A DNA stretch of 49,871 nucleotides, from positions 1 through 49,871 of the forward strand of contig JAQGDQ010001278.1 in the NCBI GenBank assembly GCA_030141605.1. Direction: 5' to 3'. Made by a program: the position numbers and the translations under genes. Source of the stretch: Tubiluchus corallicola. Taxonomy: Eukaryota; Animalia; Priapulida. Shown one piece after another: positions 14,601 to 26,429 of the stretch (position 1 is its first letter; each line of letters opens with the position of its first letter). The notes beneath the pieces are model-generated. The model was not told the DNA's origin, did no database searches, and worked only from the letters and a program-made list of their open reading frames with translations.

Positions 14601-15454
14601 TAAATGACACCTACAATGTAGTTTTCGATATTGTACCAAATTGATTCTATTTTGTTAGTTTTAATTCCTTTGGCTTCGTTAAATGACATGTGTTTTGGGA
14701 TGTACATTGCAACCCCTCCTCCACGTTTATGTGTAGGACGGTCTCGACGTATGAGTGTATGATGAGGCAGTTGTATGGAGGCACTAGGTATTTGCTTGTG
14801 TAGCCAAGTTTCGGTTATTCCAACGACTAAATTTTCAGATGAACGAACTGTGTCTTTAAGCAATGCATGTTTTTTTGTCAGACTTTGTATATTGATACAT
14901 AGAAATTTCAAATTCTTTTTATGTTTTTGCATAAAATCTGCCAGCTCTAGATCCATGTTGTTTTGTGTGGGGGTTTGATTTAAGGGACCTGGATTAGTTT
15001 CAGTACAACCAATTATAAGCAACATTTTCAATACTGTTAGAAAATAATCATGGTTACAATTATTTTTAATTAGGTAGGGGAGTACACGTAATAAAGTAGG
15101 AGAGTACTGAAACTTGTAGTATAAATCTCTAGTATCTGAACGTGTGCACTTTCTCACAGATGAATACTGTAAAATAGAAGCAGAATAGCAAAAATTTACG
15201 CACGAGTTATTTTCGATCCGATTTTGAGATATTATTACGCAGCAAGACGTGCATACACGTTTCAGTGTACCATAATATTGAAATAATTTTGAAATAAAGT
15301 AAATGATGTAATCAAAGCAAGGAAACATAAGGAAAACATAATATGTAATTACGAGTTTGATATAAATATTGAAATAATTTTGAAATAAAGTAAATGATGT
15401 AATAATAGCAAGGAAACATAAGGAAAACATAATATGTAATTACGATTTTGATAT
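11644..15454 (-). mobile_element. Near full-length non-LTR retrotransposon (CR1/L2 group)
   Basis: APE endonuclease plus RT ORF, 3' UTR ending in a (TA)n tail near 11644-11664; boundaries approximate. Confidence 0.85.
12488..15430 (-). CDS. LINE endonuclease-reverse transcriptase ORF (premature stop at 12488; same frame resumes to 12188)
   Basis: GITETW, GGGVAMY, MGDFNI, TIDHF, SDH (APE); NYRPIS, FLDLSKAFD, GIPQGTILGPLLF, QYADDT, FLGI (RT). True start uncertain. Confidence 0.9.
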   Translation of the reverse strand: MFSLCFLAIITSFTLFQNYFNIYIKLVITYYVFLMFPCFDYIIYFISKLFQYYGTLKRVCTSCCVIISQNRIENNSCVNFCYSASILQYSSVRKCTRSDTRDLYYKFQYSPTLLRVLPYLIKNNCNHDYFLTVLKMLLIIGCTETNPGPLNQTPTQNNMDLELADFMQKHKKNLKFLCINIQSLTKKHALLKDTVRSSENLVVGITETWLHKQIPSASIQLPHHTLIRRDRPTHKRGGGVAMYIPKHMSFNEAKGIKTNKIESIWYNIENYIVGVIYKPPNQKYKTFLKHFEIELERAVLENQPVLLMGDFNIDINATNTAQCKKYKEVLDQYNTQILNASNKLTRITKTSSTTIDHFISNAKDNFQVQENFSCDYSDHDFIIIVDKTKPTKNNPGTVWKTVRDYSTYNKDIFQDTLTKLNWSNIYTMTDIDIQINTLINNMEYCLDIYAPYKKIKIHQQQFNAKSACPWADTELAKLRHNKNELYRTYLHLKGKINYNNYKKARNKFNSYNRKLKNKYYINKCNDATTPKQKWRLINDVLNRYRNDQLQINSLRENDSIISDPVDIANKLNSTFINLGKFDNLPHQHNANIHNIYKNQSVIQSTFPFTSVTEYDIFRILNSLNINKGSGPSDMPIKILKDCASIITPHLTYITNQVLMRSEFPAVCKQANITPIHKKDAKDDAKNYRPISVVHVLAKVFERVIYNQINHYIENNKLLSNHQFGFRKLHSTIDAIIDATEKWRYNLNKNKYITAAFLDLSKAFDSLDHNLLLDNFRQLGFDYTSLKLINNYLHNRTQRVKLNNHTFSTWDTPQRGIPQGTILGPLLFCLYVNKIHLVLHNSDLTQYADDTTLYTAHADFLTSKNNLEKDITNINAAFNYFGLKMYDDKTEFMVISPKSNDITSNATLKVGDCSIEQAKTVKFLGITVDNKLTWDEQFHQIHNKMALSTTFLRQTRGHLTKKTKILIYKSLILPHYLYGCT

Positions 15455-15645
15455 TACGCAGTACCGTTGGCCAAAGTTTTAATTTTCATGTGCTCATAGA
15501 TATGAGTACACAATATAGTACAGCAATAGATTCTCAAGCATTAGAATGACATAAAATGGCTTTAATCGACGTCTTCTTTGTCCTTGATATAAAAAAGCAT
15601 CCGCCTTTTGCTTTTATATTCCAAATTTTCTTCCTAGAGTGACAT

Positions 15646-15656
15646 TTAATCATTTC
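15646..15656 (-). CDS. Gene B terminal coding micro-segment (RND*)
   Basis: ttattttgtag|GA AAT GAT TAA, same size and phase as the gene A terminal segment. Confidence 0.6.
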
Positions 15657-15699
15657 CTACAAAATAAATTGAGATGATAAACAAAACCATTAAAGGACA

Positions 15700-15905
15700 A
15701 GAAAAGGGGCACCTGAAGTAGGTTTCGGAAAAATCGCCTTAAAAAATTATATTACTTTACAGCAGTTTTATGCGTATATCTTACTCGCACTGAAAGGAAT
15801 TTTAGTTTGTTTTCATTTTAAATCTCCTGCAATACTGTTCTGAAGTCGCCATTACGTGACGTCATGTACCAAACGTAAATCAAGGGAAGAAAAGGCAATG
15901 TTAAA
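15700..15905. repeat. Dispersed repeat, inverted copy at about 24464-24670
   Basis: Diverged reverse-complement match (aaaatcgcctt, ttttcattttaaatctcc.gcaatactgt, tgacgtca). Confidence 0.6.
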
Positions 15906-17139
15906 TTATATCTCAAAAAACTTTCCGTGCAAATCTATGTTACTTAGAGTTTCACTTACCTGCTAGAAAGACTTATGTAACTAGAAAAGAAAATCATTAA
16001 CTATTTAAAATGTTTTCGCCAATTGGTAAAATGTCGCTGACTCACCCTCTAGGGTGCACCACTTACTAACCAAAAAACGTATTTTTAATCTTATTGACAA
16101 GATACAGTAATTTTAAATTTTATTTAGTTAATGATTTGTGCACTACGAATGCTCTGATTATTTTTTCAAACTTTACAAAATGTTAGCTAAACCTGTTTTA
16201 AATGACCTGTCGTGAAAATGGCTGCGTCTAACGGTCATCGCGGGAGTTTAAATTTACATGTTTTATACAGCGTGACTGCCGATTGAAGTCCTGCATGCAA
16301 AAAAGGCAGTATGTAAGTGATATAAAATTTCAAAACGAGTTTTCCAAGCTTTATGTTTATGAAGGGTTTTCTTGAGCTTTTAATGTACTACTCCATGAGT
16401 GCGTAATGAGTGTTTTTTGCCATTTCTTTGCCGTTTTACCACCAAAATATGAACTTACATCGTATTTCTATATGATTTTTAATACTGTGACTGTTTTCTC
16501 GCAAGAGGCGGTTATATAAGTTCTTTTTTTATATACCAGTTAGCCAATCACCAAGTACCGTTATGAGATTTCATCTGTTCATGTATGTATTGTTCCAATT
16601 TTTTTGTACTGATCGATACAATTTAAACCATTTGCGTAATGCGTATACAACAGGTTGTATTACAACACGTGGATGTGTTTCCATGCGTACGTAACACATG
16701 GTGCGTGATACGCATTCACTTCACTCGAACGTGATGGATGTCGTCCGAATACGCATCACGCAATACACATTACGCAATACGCATCACGCAATACGCATTA
16801 CGCAATTCGCATCACGCATCACGCAATACGCACACGCATTACACGCGCATGGACTCGTAGCTTAACACACAAAACCACTACAACCTTAATACACAACTAC
16901 TAATGCAACCTAACGTAATATTATTTTAAACTTATGATATTTATAATTAATCATTAAACATGTCTGACAACAGCCTGCTAACAATGTCACGATTAACTAA
17001 ATAAATATTAATGTCGTACAGAAAGGGGTGGTTGCTAGGTGACCTCTTGGTCCTTGGCCACCCTAACTAAATGTAATCTTTATCATTTTAAAGAAACATT
17101 GTATGTTATTTAATGTGTAACTTTAAATAAGATGAATAA

Positions 17140-17511
17140 ATCTAATCTAATCTAAACCGATCCGATTCGATCTGATCCCATCCCATCCCATCCCATCCCA
17201 TCCCATCCCATCCCATCCCATCCCATTCCATTTCATCTCATCTCATCTCATCCCATCCCATCCAATCTGATCTGATTCGATAAGATCCTATAAGATCCTA
17301 TCCAATCCGATCTGGTCTAATCAAGTGTGATCTAATCTAATCTGATCTAATCTAGTCTAGTCTAGTCTTGTCTTGTCTTGTCTTGTCTAGTCTAATCCGA
17401 TCCGATCCGATCCGATCCGATCTAATCCAATCCAATCCAATCCAATCCAATCCAATCCAATCCAATCCAATCCAATCCAATCCAATCCAATCTAATCTAA
17501 TCTAATCTAAT
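17140..17511. repeat. Compound pentanucleotide microsatellite (ATCTA/ATCCC/ATCCG/ATCCA)
   Basis: Seen directly. Confidence 0.95.
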
Positions 17512-17558
17512 CACTTTAAGAGAATAATTTTATTCATTTTACTCACAAGAATTCTAAC

Positions 17559-17781
17559 TTCGTTCAACACTAAGAGATGCTGTTTGTGAGTCATGATAGG
17601 CGATATTTTCTTTAGTTTGACCTTGAATCTGACAGTACCATGTTGCTGAATCTTCTTGCTTGGCATTATTAATTCGTATGCTGCCATCTCCAGACGTTGT
17701 GCAATTTTCGTTGAAAAATTCATACCTCGGGTGCAACCTAACTCCTGGAAGAGCTGGGAGGTTACCTCTGAACCATACAAT
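17559..17781 (-). CDS. Gene B exon: C-half of last Ig domain
   Basis: tttcag|ATTGTA...CGAA|gttaga, 223 nt; IVWFRGNLPALPG...EDSATWYCQIQG. Confidence 0.85.
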
Positions 17782-18121
17782 CTGAAATAAGAAAAACAAA
17801 CAGCTGGCACACAATAATTATAATCAGTGCACTAACTTACTAGCTAAGCTTCCTTAGAGATGTAACGCTATAAACGGGTATGTTTCATCACGAAGCTGGT
17901 CTCTTCCTCGTTCCTGTTGTTCAAGTTTTTAGCAAGTTTTAATGCTGTGACAATAGATTAATTTCATATTTCACATTATAATTTTTCTACGAAAAAACGG
18001 ATTCTACGGCAATGATAAATAGCGTTATAAATGACATATGCAGGCAGTTCAGCAGAGAAAGACAGAGAGACAAGAGAGTAGCAAATTATCTGAATTCTGC
18101 ACTAGTTCTTTATAGCAGTAA

Positions 18122-18182
<61 letters not shown>

Positions 18183-18193
18183 TAATAATAATA

Positions 18194-18225
<32 letters not shown>

Positions 18226-18304
18226 AATAATGATAATGATGATGATGATGATAATGATAATGATAATGATAATGATAATGATAATGATAATCATAATCAT
18301 AATC

Positions 18305-18383
<79 letters not shown>

Positions 18384-18481
18384 TAATAATGATAATAATA
18401 ATAATCATAATCATAACAGCAACAACAACAACAATAATAATAATAACAATAACTAATAACAACAACAACAACAATAATAAT
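18122..18481. repeat. Compound (AAT/GAT/AAC)n microsatellite
   Basis: Seen directly. Confidence 0.95.
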
Positions 18482-18876
18482 GAGTTTATAAGATCAGCAA
18501 GATTACTTTGTGAATATTTTGGAAAACTTTGACAAATATGGCAGATATATACCCGGCTAGACAGTGCAAATTTGATACAAAGCATAATACCAATGAATAT
18601 TCTTTTGTAATTAACCGTTGCTGACTTACAAAAACATTTCATGTAAATATATTACACAATTATGATTGTAACTGAGTAATACTGACGCAACCTACTGCAT
18701 TTGTAACTCGTTTCAAACACTTGTGAAAAAAAATCAAAAATGTGTTTCATGCAAAAACTATTAACACGCTCACTTTTCATCCTTACACTAGCAGACGCAG
18801 GACTGCAGTATTTCTTAGTTTGCAAATCTGGCATAATACTTGATATTTACAATTGCAATAAACACTCTTTTCTCAC

Positions 18877-18980
18877 CTGATATGAATCATAATTGTTTAG
18901 ATTATTCACAACACACTTCATGATGACAGTTGAGTTCTCTTCAACTTTTTTATCCTGAGGTTCTTCAGAAAAATGATTAA
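18877..18980 (-). CDS. Gene B exon: N-half of last Ig domain
   Basis: Not in ORF track. aaacag|TTAAT...TATCAG|gtgaga, 104 nt; NHFSEEPQDKKVEENSTVIMKCVVNNLNNYDSYQ. Confidence 0.8.
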
Positions 18981-19040
18981 CTGTTTAATGTAAACAAATA
19001 CGTTATTATTGTTTTATTCAAAATGTAGCATAATGTTGAA

Positions 19041-21670
19041 TCTTCTTCTTCTGTTGATCTAAACGTACGTTGTGATCATAGGTATCCTATATTAGAGCAT
19101 CTCACTGTTTTCTGTCTACAGCTAAGATTTTCAAGTTGTATTGCTATTGATAGGTGGGGTCTCAGCTGTCGTAAATCTTATTAATTCTTGATATCCAGGT
19201 TGTTTTTGGTTTAGCGTGGAAGTCTTTCAGTAGGTTTTAATGCTAATCTCATTGGTGTTGTTTCTGACAATCTCATTAAATGACCTACCCATCTTAGTCT
19301 TCTGATCCTGATTTTAGTGCTCCAATGTTCTTCTTCGTTCTGTTTAATGCTAATCTTACTGGTGTTATCTCAGGCAATCTTATTAAATGTCCTACCCATG
19401 TTAGTCTTCTGATTCTGATCTTAGTGCTCCAATGTTCTTCTTTCGTTCTGTTTAATGCTAATCTCACTGGTGTTGTTTATGACAATCTCATTAAATATCC
19501 TACCCACCTTAGTCTTCTCATTCTGATTTTAGTGCTCCAATGTTAAGGCTAATCTCACTGGTGTTGTTTCTGGCAATCTCATTAAATATCCTACACATCT
19601 TAGTTTTCTCATTCTGATTTTAGTGATCCAATGTTAAGGCTAATCTCACTGGTGTTGTTTCTGGCAATTTCATTAAATGTCCTACCTATCTTGGTCTTCT
19701 GATTCTGATCTTAGTGCTCCAATGTTCTTCTCTCGTTCTGTTTAATGCTAATCTCACTGGTGTTGTTTATGACAATCTCATTAAATATCCTACCCACCTT
19801 AGTCTTCTCATTCTGATTTTAGTGCTCCAATGTTAAGGCTAATCTCACTGGTGTTGTTTCTGGCAATCTCATTAAATATCCTACACATCTTAGTTTTCTC
19901 ATTCTGATTTTAGTGATCTAATGTTAAGGCTAATCTCACTGGTGTTGTTTCTGGCAATTTCATTAAATGTCCTACCTATCTTGGTCTTCTGATTCTGATC
20001 TTAGTGCTCCAATGTTCTTCTCTCGTTCTGTTTAATGCTAATCTCACTGGTGTTGTTTATGACAATCTCATTAAATATCCTACACATCTTAGTCTTCTCA
20101 TTCTGATTTTAGTGATCCAAAGTTAAGGCTAATCTCACTGGTGTTGTTTCTGGCAGTCTCATTAAATGACCTACCCATCTTAGTCTTCTGATCCTGATTT
20201 TAGTGCTCCAATGTTCTTCTTCGTTCTGTTTAATGCTAATCTTACTGGTGTTGTCTCAGGCAATCTTATTAAATGTCCTACCCATGTTAGTCTTCTGATT
20301 CTGATCTTAGTGCTCCAATGTTCTTCTTTCGTTCTGTTTAATGCTAATCTCACTGGTGTTGTTTATGACAATCTCATTAAATATCCTACCCACCTTAGTC
20401 TTCTCATTCTGATTTTAGTGCTCCAATGTTAAGGCTAATCTCACTGGTGTTGTTTCTGGCAATCTCATTAAATGTCCTACACATCTTAGTCTTCTCATTC
20501 TGATTTTAGTGCTCCAATGTTAAGGCTAATCTCACTGGTATTGTTTCTGGCAATCTCATTAAATATCCTACACATCTTAGTCTTCTCATTCTGATTTTAG
20601 TGATCCAATGTTAAGGCTAATCTCACTGGTGTTGTTTCTGGCAATTTCATTAAATGTCCTACCTATCTTGGTCTTCTGATTGTGATCTTAGTGCTCCAAT
20701 GTTCTTCTCTCGTTCTGTTTAATGCTAATCTCACTGCTGTTGTTTATGACAATCTCATTAAATATCCTACCCACCTTAGTCTTCTCATTCTGATTTTAGT
20801 GCTCCAATGTTAAGGCTAATCTCACTGGTGTTGTTTCTGGCAATCTCATTAAATATCCTACACATCTTAGTTTTCTCATTCTGATTTTAGTGATCCAATG
20901 TTAAGGCTAATCTCACTGGTGTTGTTTCTGGCAATTTCATTAAATGTCCTACCTATCTTGGTCTTCTGATTCTGATCTTAGTGCTCCAATGGTCTTCTCT
21001 CGTTCTGTTTAATGCTAATCTCACTGGTGTTGTTTATGACAATCTCATTAAATATCCTACACATCTTAGTCTTCTCATTCTGATTTTAGTGCTCCAAAGT
21101 TAAGGCTAATCTCACTGGTGTTGTTTATGACAATCTCATTAAATATCCTACACATCTTAGTTTTCTCATTCTGATTTTAGTGATCCAATGTTAAGGCTAA
21201 TCTCACTGGTGTTGTTTCTGGCAATTTCATTAAATGTCCTACCTATCTTGGTCTTCTGATTCTGATCTTAGTGCTCCAATGTTCTTCTCTCGTTCTGTTT
21301 AATGCTAATCTCACTGGTGTTGTTTATGACAATCTCATTAAATATCCTACCCACCTTAGTCTTCTCATTCTGATTTTAGTGCTCCAAAGTTAAGGCTAAT
21401 CTCACTGGTGTTGTTTCTGGCAATCTCATTAAATGTCCTACCCATCTTAGCCTTCTGATTGTGATCTTAGTGCTCCAATGTTCTTCTTTCGTTCTGTTTA
21501 ATGCTAATCTTTCTGGTGTTGTTTCTCACAATCTCATTAAATGTCCTACCCATCTTAGTCTTCTCATTCTGATTTTAGTGCTCCAATGTTCTTCTTTGGT
21601 TCTGTTATACATCTGCTTATTTGAAATTATATATGGCAATTTTATTTTTAAGATTTTTATGAGCAGGTAG
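19041..21670 (-). mobile_element. RTE 3' fragment with internal tandem amplification
   Basis: TKEEHWSTKIRMRRLRWVGHLMRL on the minus strand, homologous to the 30189-30524 product; (GAA)n tail at 19041-19051. Confidence 0.8.
19238..21600. repeat. 91/108-bp satellite with 290-bp higher-order period
   Basis: 91-bp (19545->19636) and 108-bp units; tttaatgcta landmark recurs at 19451, 19741 and 20031. Confidence 0.9.
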
Positions 21671-22914
21671 TTGTGAAATACATTTATTTCTGTTTCCTGC
21701 ACAACCATAAAGTTGACAATGTATCTAAAATTTAAAATCTAATCCTTTTTTAATACTTACATTTAATAGCTGACGTAATCATTATCGTTGCTAAGTTGTT
21801 CGAAAACAGTTTATAAAACAAGGTAGTTATAATTGTTTGATTTAGGCTCCGTTTAGAAAACTGCTAAAGCTCCTTTGTTAGATGTTTGTGTCACACTATA
21901 GTACTAACTTAACTTTCTATTTGCTTTCTATTCTATCTTTGCATAAATCATAAATTATCGCTAATCATTATGCGGTCACATTTTATTCAAGTTTTCTTCT
22001 GTAGGCAATGAACTTTTCAGCACCAGCAACTATTTCAGACATTTTCGATACAACAAGAAAATTTTTAATAATTAAACATTAAAATTAAAGCAGAAAAAAA
22101 TCACAAGCACATTTATTTCAATAATCCTTTGTGCCGTTTTGTTATGCATATGTGCAGTTGCCTGTAGGCCAAAGATTGCAGTGTACTAACGCGTCTTAAT
22201 CTTAACGGACATGTGATATATGGGTAAAGCAAAACCGTCTGGTGCATCAGTTCAACAACTTCATTTGTTTTGCGTGAACTCAACTTAGTTATGAATTAGT
22301 CTGTGCTTAGCAGAATCTTGCTTGGCAAGAGGAAAAAATGAATAAGGAAGCGTTCTGGAAAGCTACAGAACTGCTACTAATACAATAGCATGTGCTGCCA
22401 TGTATTGTCAAGTACGCACAAATGCGTTGTCTGGCACACTTGATCTTTTCCCTTTTCACTGTCATTATCAATCACTGGAACTGTGAAAATGCTTACAGTG
22501 TCACATTTTGGAGTTCTTTTGCAGTGACTTTGTGCAATATAAAATTTCAGGACAACAGCTGTGAATTTTTTGAAAAAGTCCCTTCAGTCTCCGCGGTGTG
22601 CCTGAACAAATGCCACGACACAGTTAAACTATTCAGACCTCCTTACAAGTTTTAAAACTGAGGTCTAAAGCAATACAGTCATCAAATTTAGAGGCAAAAC
22701 TTAAATCAACTCATTAAATTTAGATTTTGTCAACAGTTGTGAGTCCAAAATGTGATGATTCGTTGACTGTGGCTATATCTTAGTAAACATTTCATTGATA
22801 AATTTAACAATATATTAAAAAAATCTCAGGCCACTTGAAAAAACCTACATTGCACTCAACCTGCAATCTTGTAACCATTAATAATAGTAACCACAAATAA
22901 TAATAATAATAGTC

Positions 22915-22938
22915 TTTCTATCTTCTATCTTCTATCTA

Positions 22939-22969
<31 letters not shown>

Positions 22970-23348
22970 GTCGCTATCTATCCTTCTGTCTGTCTGCCTG
23001 TCTGTCTGTCGCTATCTATCTGTCTGTCGCTATTTATCCTTCTGTCTGCCTGTCTGTCCGTCCGTCCGTCCGTCCGTCCGTCCGTCCGTCCGTCCGTCCC
23101 TCCCTCCCTCCCTCCCTCCCTCCATCCATCCATCCATCCATCCATCCATCCATCCATCCATCCATCCATCCATCCATCCATCCATCCATCCATCCATCCA
23201 TCCATCCATCCATCCATCCATCCATCCATCCATCCATCCATCCATCCATCCATCCATCCATCCATCCATCCATCCATCCATCCATCCATCCATCCATCCA
23301 TCCATCAATCCATCCATCCATCCATCCATCCATCCATCCATCTATCTA
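22915..23348. repeat. Compound tetranucleotide microsatellite (TCTG/TCCG/TCCA)
   Basis: Seen directly. Confidence 0.95.
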
Positions 23349-23764
23349 TAAACTTAATTCATTACATCATTGCACTTTAAGCACTAATGTTTTTTTTACA
23401 ATACGATTCACTTTAAATTTTCAGATTATTTCTATTACTTTTGCGTGTGGGACAATCTAACAAGCCCTGCTTTTTGATTGCCCGCAACACATTTGCATTC
23501 GTTTATAGGTGAGCAGTTTTTGAGGCTTTTCCTGTGCAGTATTTCTTATTTGTATTATATCCATTGTAGGCCCTTTCACTAGATATTGTACATGAAACTA
23601 TTGTAAATGTTTAATGTGAAATAAATGAACTATGACTTATTAATCATTGTTCTGGTTTAAAGCACTAGGTCTTTAGTGAAAGAGCACTAGTGAAAGAGTG
23701 TCTAAAATAAATAAATAAATAAAATAAAGAAAATATATAATAAATAATTAAAATAAATTCTCAC

Positions 23765-23987
23765 ATTTTTCGACTTTAACAGCTGCTGCCTGTGAATCGT
23801 GATACGCGGCTTTTCCTTTAACAAACTGCTGAATCTGGCAATGCCACATTGCTGCGTCTTCTAGTTTTGCATTGTTAATTCTTATACTGCAGTCACCAGA
23901 TGCTTTACAGTTGTCATCAGTGAATTCGTATCTTGGGTCAACTTTGATACCAGGAAGTGTAGGAATGTGGTCCCTGTACCACACAAC
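23765..23987 (-). CDS. Gene B exon 5: Ig C-half with mutated acceptor
   Basis: Open 223-nt homolog (VVWYRDHIP...EDAAMWHCQIQ) with donor T|gtgaga; preceded by tttaat where A has tttaag; alternative ttttcag acceptor would start the exon at 24019. Confidence 0.75.
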
Positions 23988-24746
23988 ATTAAATTCAAAG
24001 CAGTTCATAACCAGTTTGCCTGAAAAATTCTAACTTTTTACTTAAGACGCATAAACAATAATATACGAACTTGAAACATAGCCATTTTGATTTCCGCTCA
24101 GCCACACAACTTCGATACTGTAATGAAAATAAAGTTACAATCTTGAATTGTTACAAAAATGCACAAAACTGCATTCGTTTCAATGCTTATATGTTGGCTA
24201 AATAAATAAATCTTGAAACCTTTGAAATGAAATTTGATTTTTTTTAAATTTCGGCATTCAGTGGCAAGACATGGCTGACAGTAAAGATCCCAATCTATTA
24301 TCAAGGACACTCGATAAAGAGGGAACACGTACAAGTGGTTTGACTACCTTTAGATACCTGCATACCCTCTTTAAATGACATATTGGTCAGAGGCAGGATA
24401 GCTGTCAAAATAAACAGAATCATTAGTAATATATATATATGCATGGAATGTTTTTTGGGACATTTTAACATTTAATTTTCTTCCCCTGACTTACATTGTG
24501 CGTATGTGACGTCATATAATGGCGCGGTGGGTACAGTATTGCGGGAGATTTAAAATGAAAACAAATGAAAAATCATTATAACGCGAGTATGATATACATA
24601 ACTTTTCCTATAAAAGAATATAATTATAAGGCGATTTTTCTGAAAACTACCTTTGGTGTCCCCTTCTTTTTTATTTAAGCAAATACAATGGCTAGAATCT
24701 GCTGCATATATGTTATTCTAGCGCATGTAATTCCACTTGCACTCAC

Positions 24747-24848
24747 CTGATATGATTCATAGCTGCTAGGGTCCTACGGCACAATTTAAAATGTCTGTTG
24801 AGGTTTCCATCAATGTCTTATTTTGTGGTTCTTGTGCAAAACGGTTAG
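24747..24848 (-). pseudogene. Gene B exon 4: frameshifted Ig N-half
   Basis: 102 nt against 104 nt in the three homologous exons; ANRFAQEPQNKTLMETSTDILNCAV then GGA CCC TAG (stop 24766-24768); PSSYESYQ continues in the shifted frame. Confidence 0.75.
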
Positions 24849-25144
24849 CTATAAATGATAAATACTAGAGAACTGCGGTCAAAACAATCAGTTATCAAAT
24901 CTACAAATAGTAAAGGGTCTTACATTACAAGGGGGGGGGGGGAGGGGGCGAAACGCCGGGGGCGGGCGCCACCATGGTTGACGCCCAGAAAACTTTTGAA
25001 CTGCTAGAACGCCGGAGAAGCATTTTCGAAGAGAAAATATGGAGTTATACAGTTGTTAAAGGAAAGAACAATTGAAAGAAAAACTGCTTTATTCTCAAGG
25101 CCAGTCCTTAATACTTGTCAATACTGGCAAACGGCGCGGACGCG

Positions 25145-25190
<46 letters not shown>

Positions 25191-26087
25191 CAGTATGTTC
25201 GCATAGAGCAAAAAAATGTTACCTTGGCGCGATGCCCCCCCCTGGAGGGTTAGGCCCCGGGGAAGTATCCCCACTTCCCCGCCCCTGAAATAGGCCTTGG
25301 TGGTTAGGTCTGTGTACCGTAACATTTTCCATACATGAGAAATAAATCTTGTTTAATGCAATTGAGCTAAATACGTAGGAGTGAGTTTTTGGCTACTTGC
25401 TCGTGACGTAACTCTATAAACAGGTTACTTTCACCTGTCTTGTTCACGTTCTAGTTAACGAAAAATTGGTTACGTAACATTCGAGTTACTCCACTGTCTA
25501 AATTTTAGCAAAGAACGGAATCTTCAACAATTTTAAATGGTGATCTATATCACATTATCACATTCAATTCCACTAGAACAATAAAAGACATACTGTTTCT
25601 AAACGACATGTCCATGCAGTTGGGTGAAAAAAGTCAATGCCTCGCGTTTTTAACAAATTTGCAATAATTAAGCCTTTTTTCAGTTCCAGCGATTGATGAG
25701 GAAAATGTCAAGGAACAAATGCACCAGGTAACGCATTTGTGTACACTTGACAACACCTCGCCGCCCATGCTATTGTAATAGTAACAGTTTTAACTGCTAG
25801 CTAGAACATTATGCTAATTCTTGCCTGTTCCTAAGCAAGACCCTGCTAGTAAATCACTCTATGCACAGGCCTATGCATAGAAAGTCTACGTAAATCAACT
25901 GAAGTGATGCAGCAGATGACTTTGCTTTAACCACATGTCACGCGACCGTTGCAGTTAAGACGTCGTTGTGGTACACTAAACCTTTGAGCTACAGCAACTG
26001 CGCTTGCGCAAAACGAAACAGCTTAATGCATGCAAGAGCATTTCCAAAACAGATGTAAGCTTAATTTAATTAATTTTAATTAAATAC

Positions 26088-26423
26088 CTCTAAGATCTAG
26101 GTTAAATGTGTATCTGGTATACTGTGTGTCTTTCGTTTTCCTGATAAACAACCAGTAATTACCAGCATCTGTCTTATTAGGTTGATGTATATGCATTTCA
26201 GTATGGAAACATTTCATCTTTGGCACCCATGTATGTTGCCTTACTGTGGACCACATGTGTTCAGATGGTTTAGCATCATTTGACAGAGAAGCGTTCATGT
26301 AGATGTGTTCATCTGATGTATCTCGCCTCCAGTATAATTCTAAATACCCGTACAGAGTGCAAAAGTCAACCTCAAAGCGAACGTCCCTGCTGCCAACTTT
26401 TGCTGTAATCTTTTTTGTGTCTG
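26088..26423 (-). CDS. Gene B exon 3: atypical Ig domain 1
   Basis: ttccag|CAGAC...AGAG|gtattt, 336 nt, homologous to 43600-43935. Confidence 0.85.
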
Positions 26424-26429
26424 CTGGAA

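Noticed and set aside
13494-14978. Plus-strand ORFs 13494-13790 and 14775-14978
   Set aside because: Antisense shadows of the LINE ORF.
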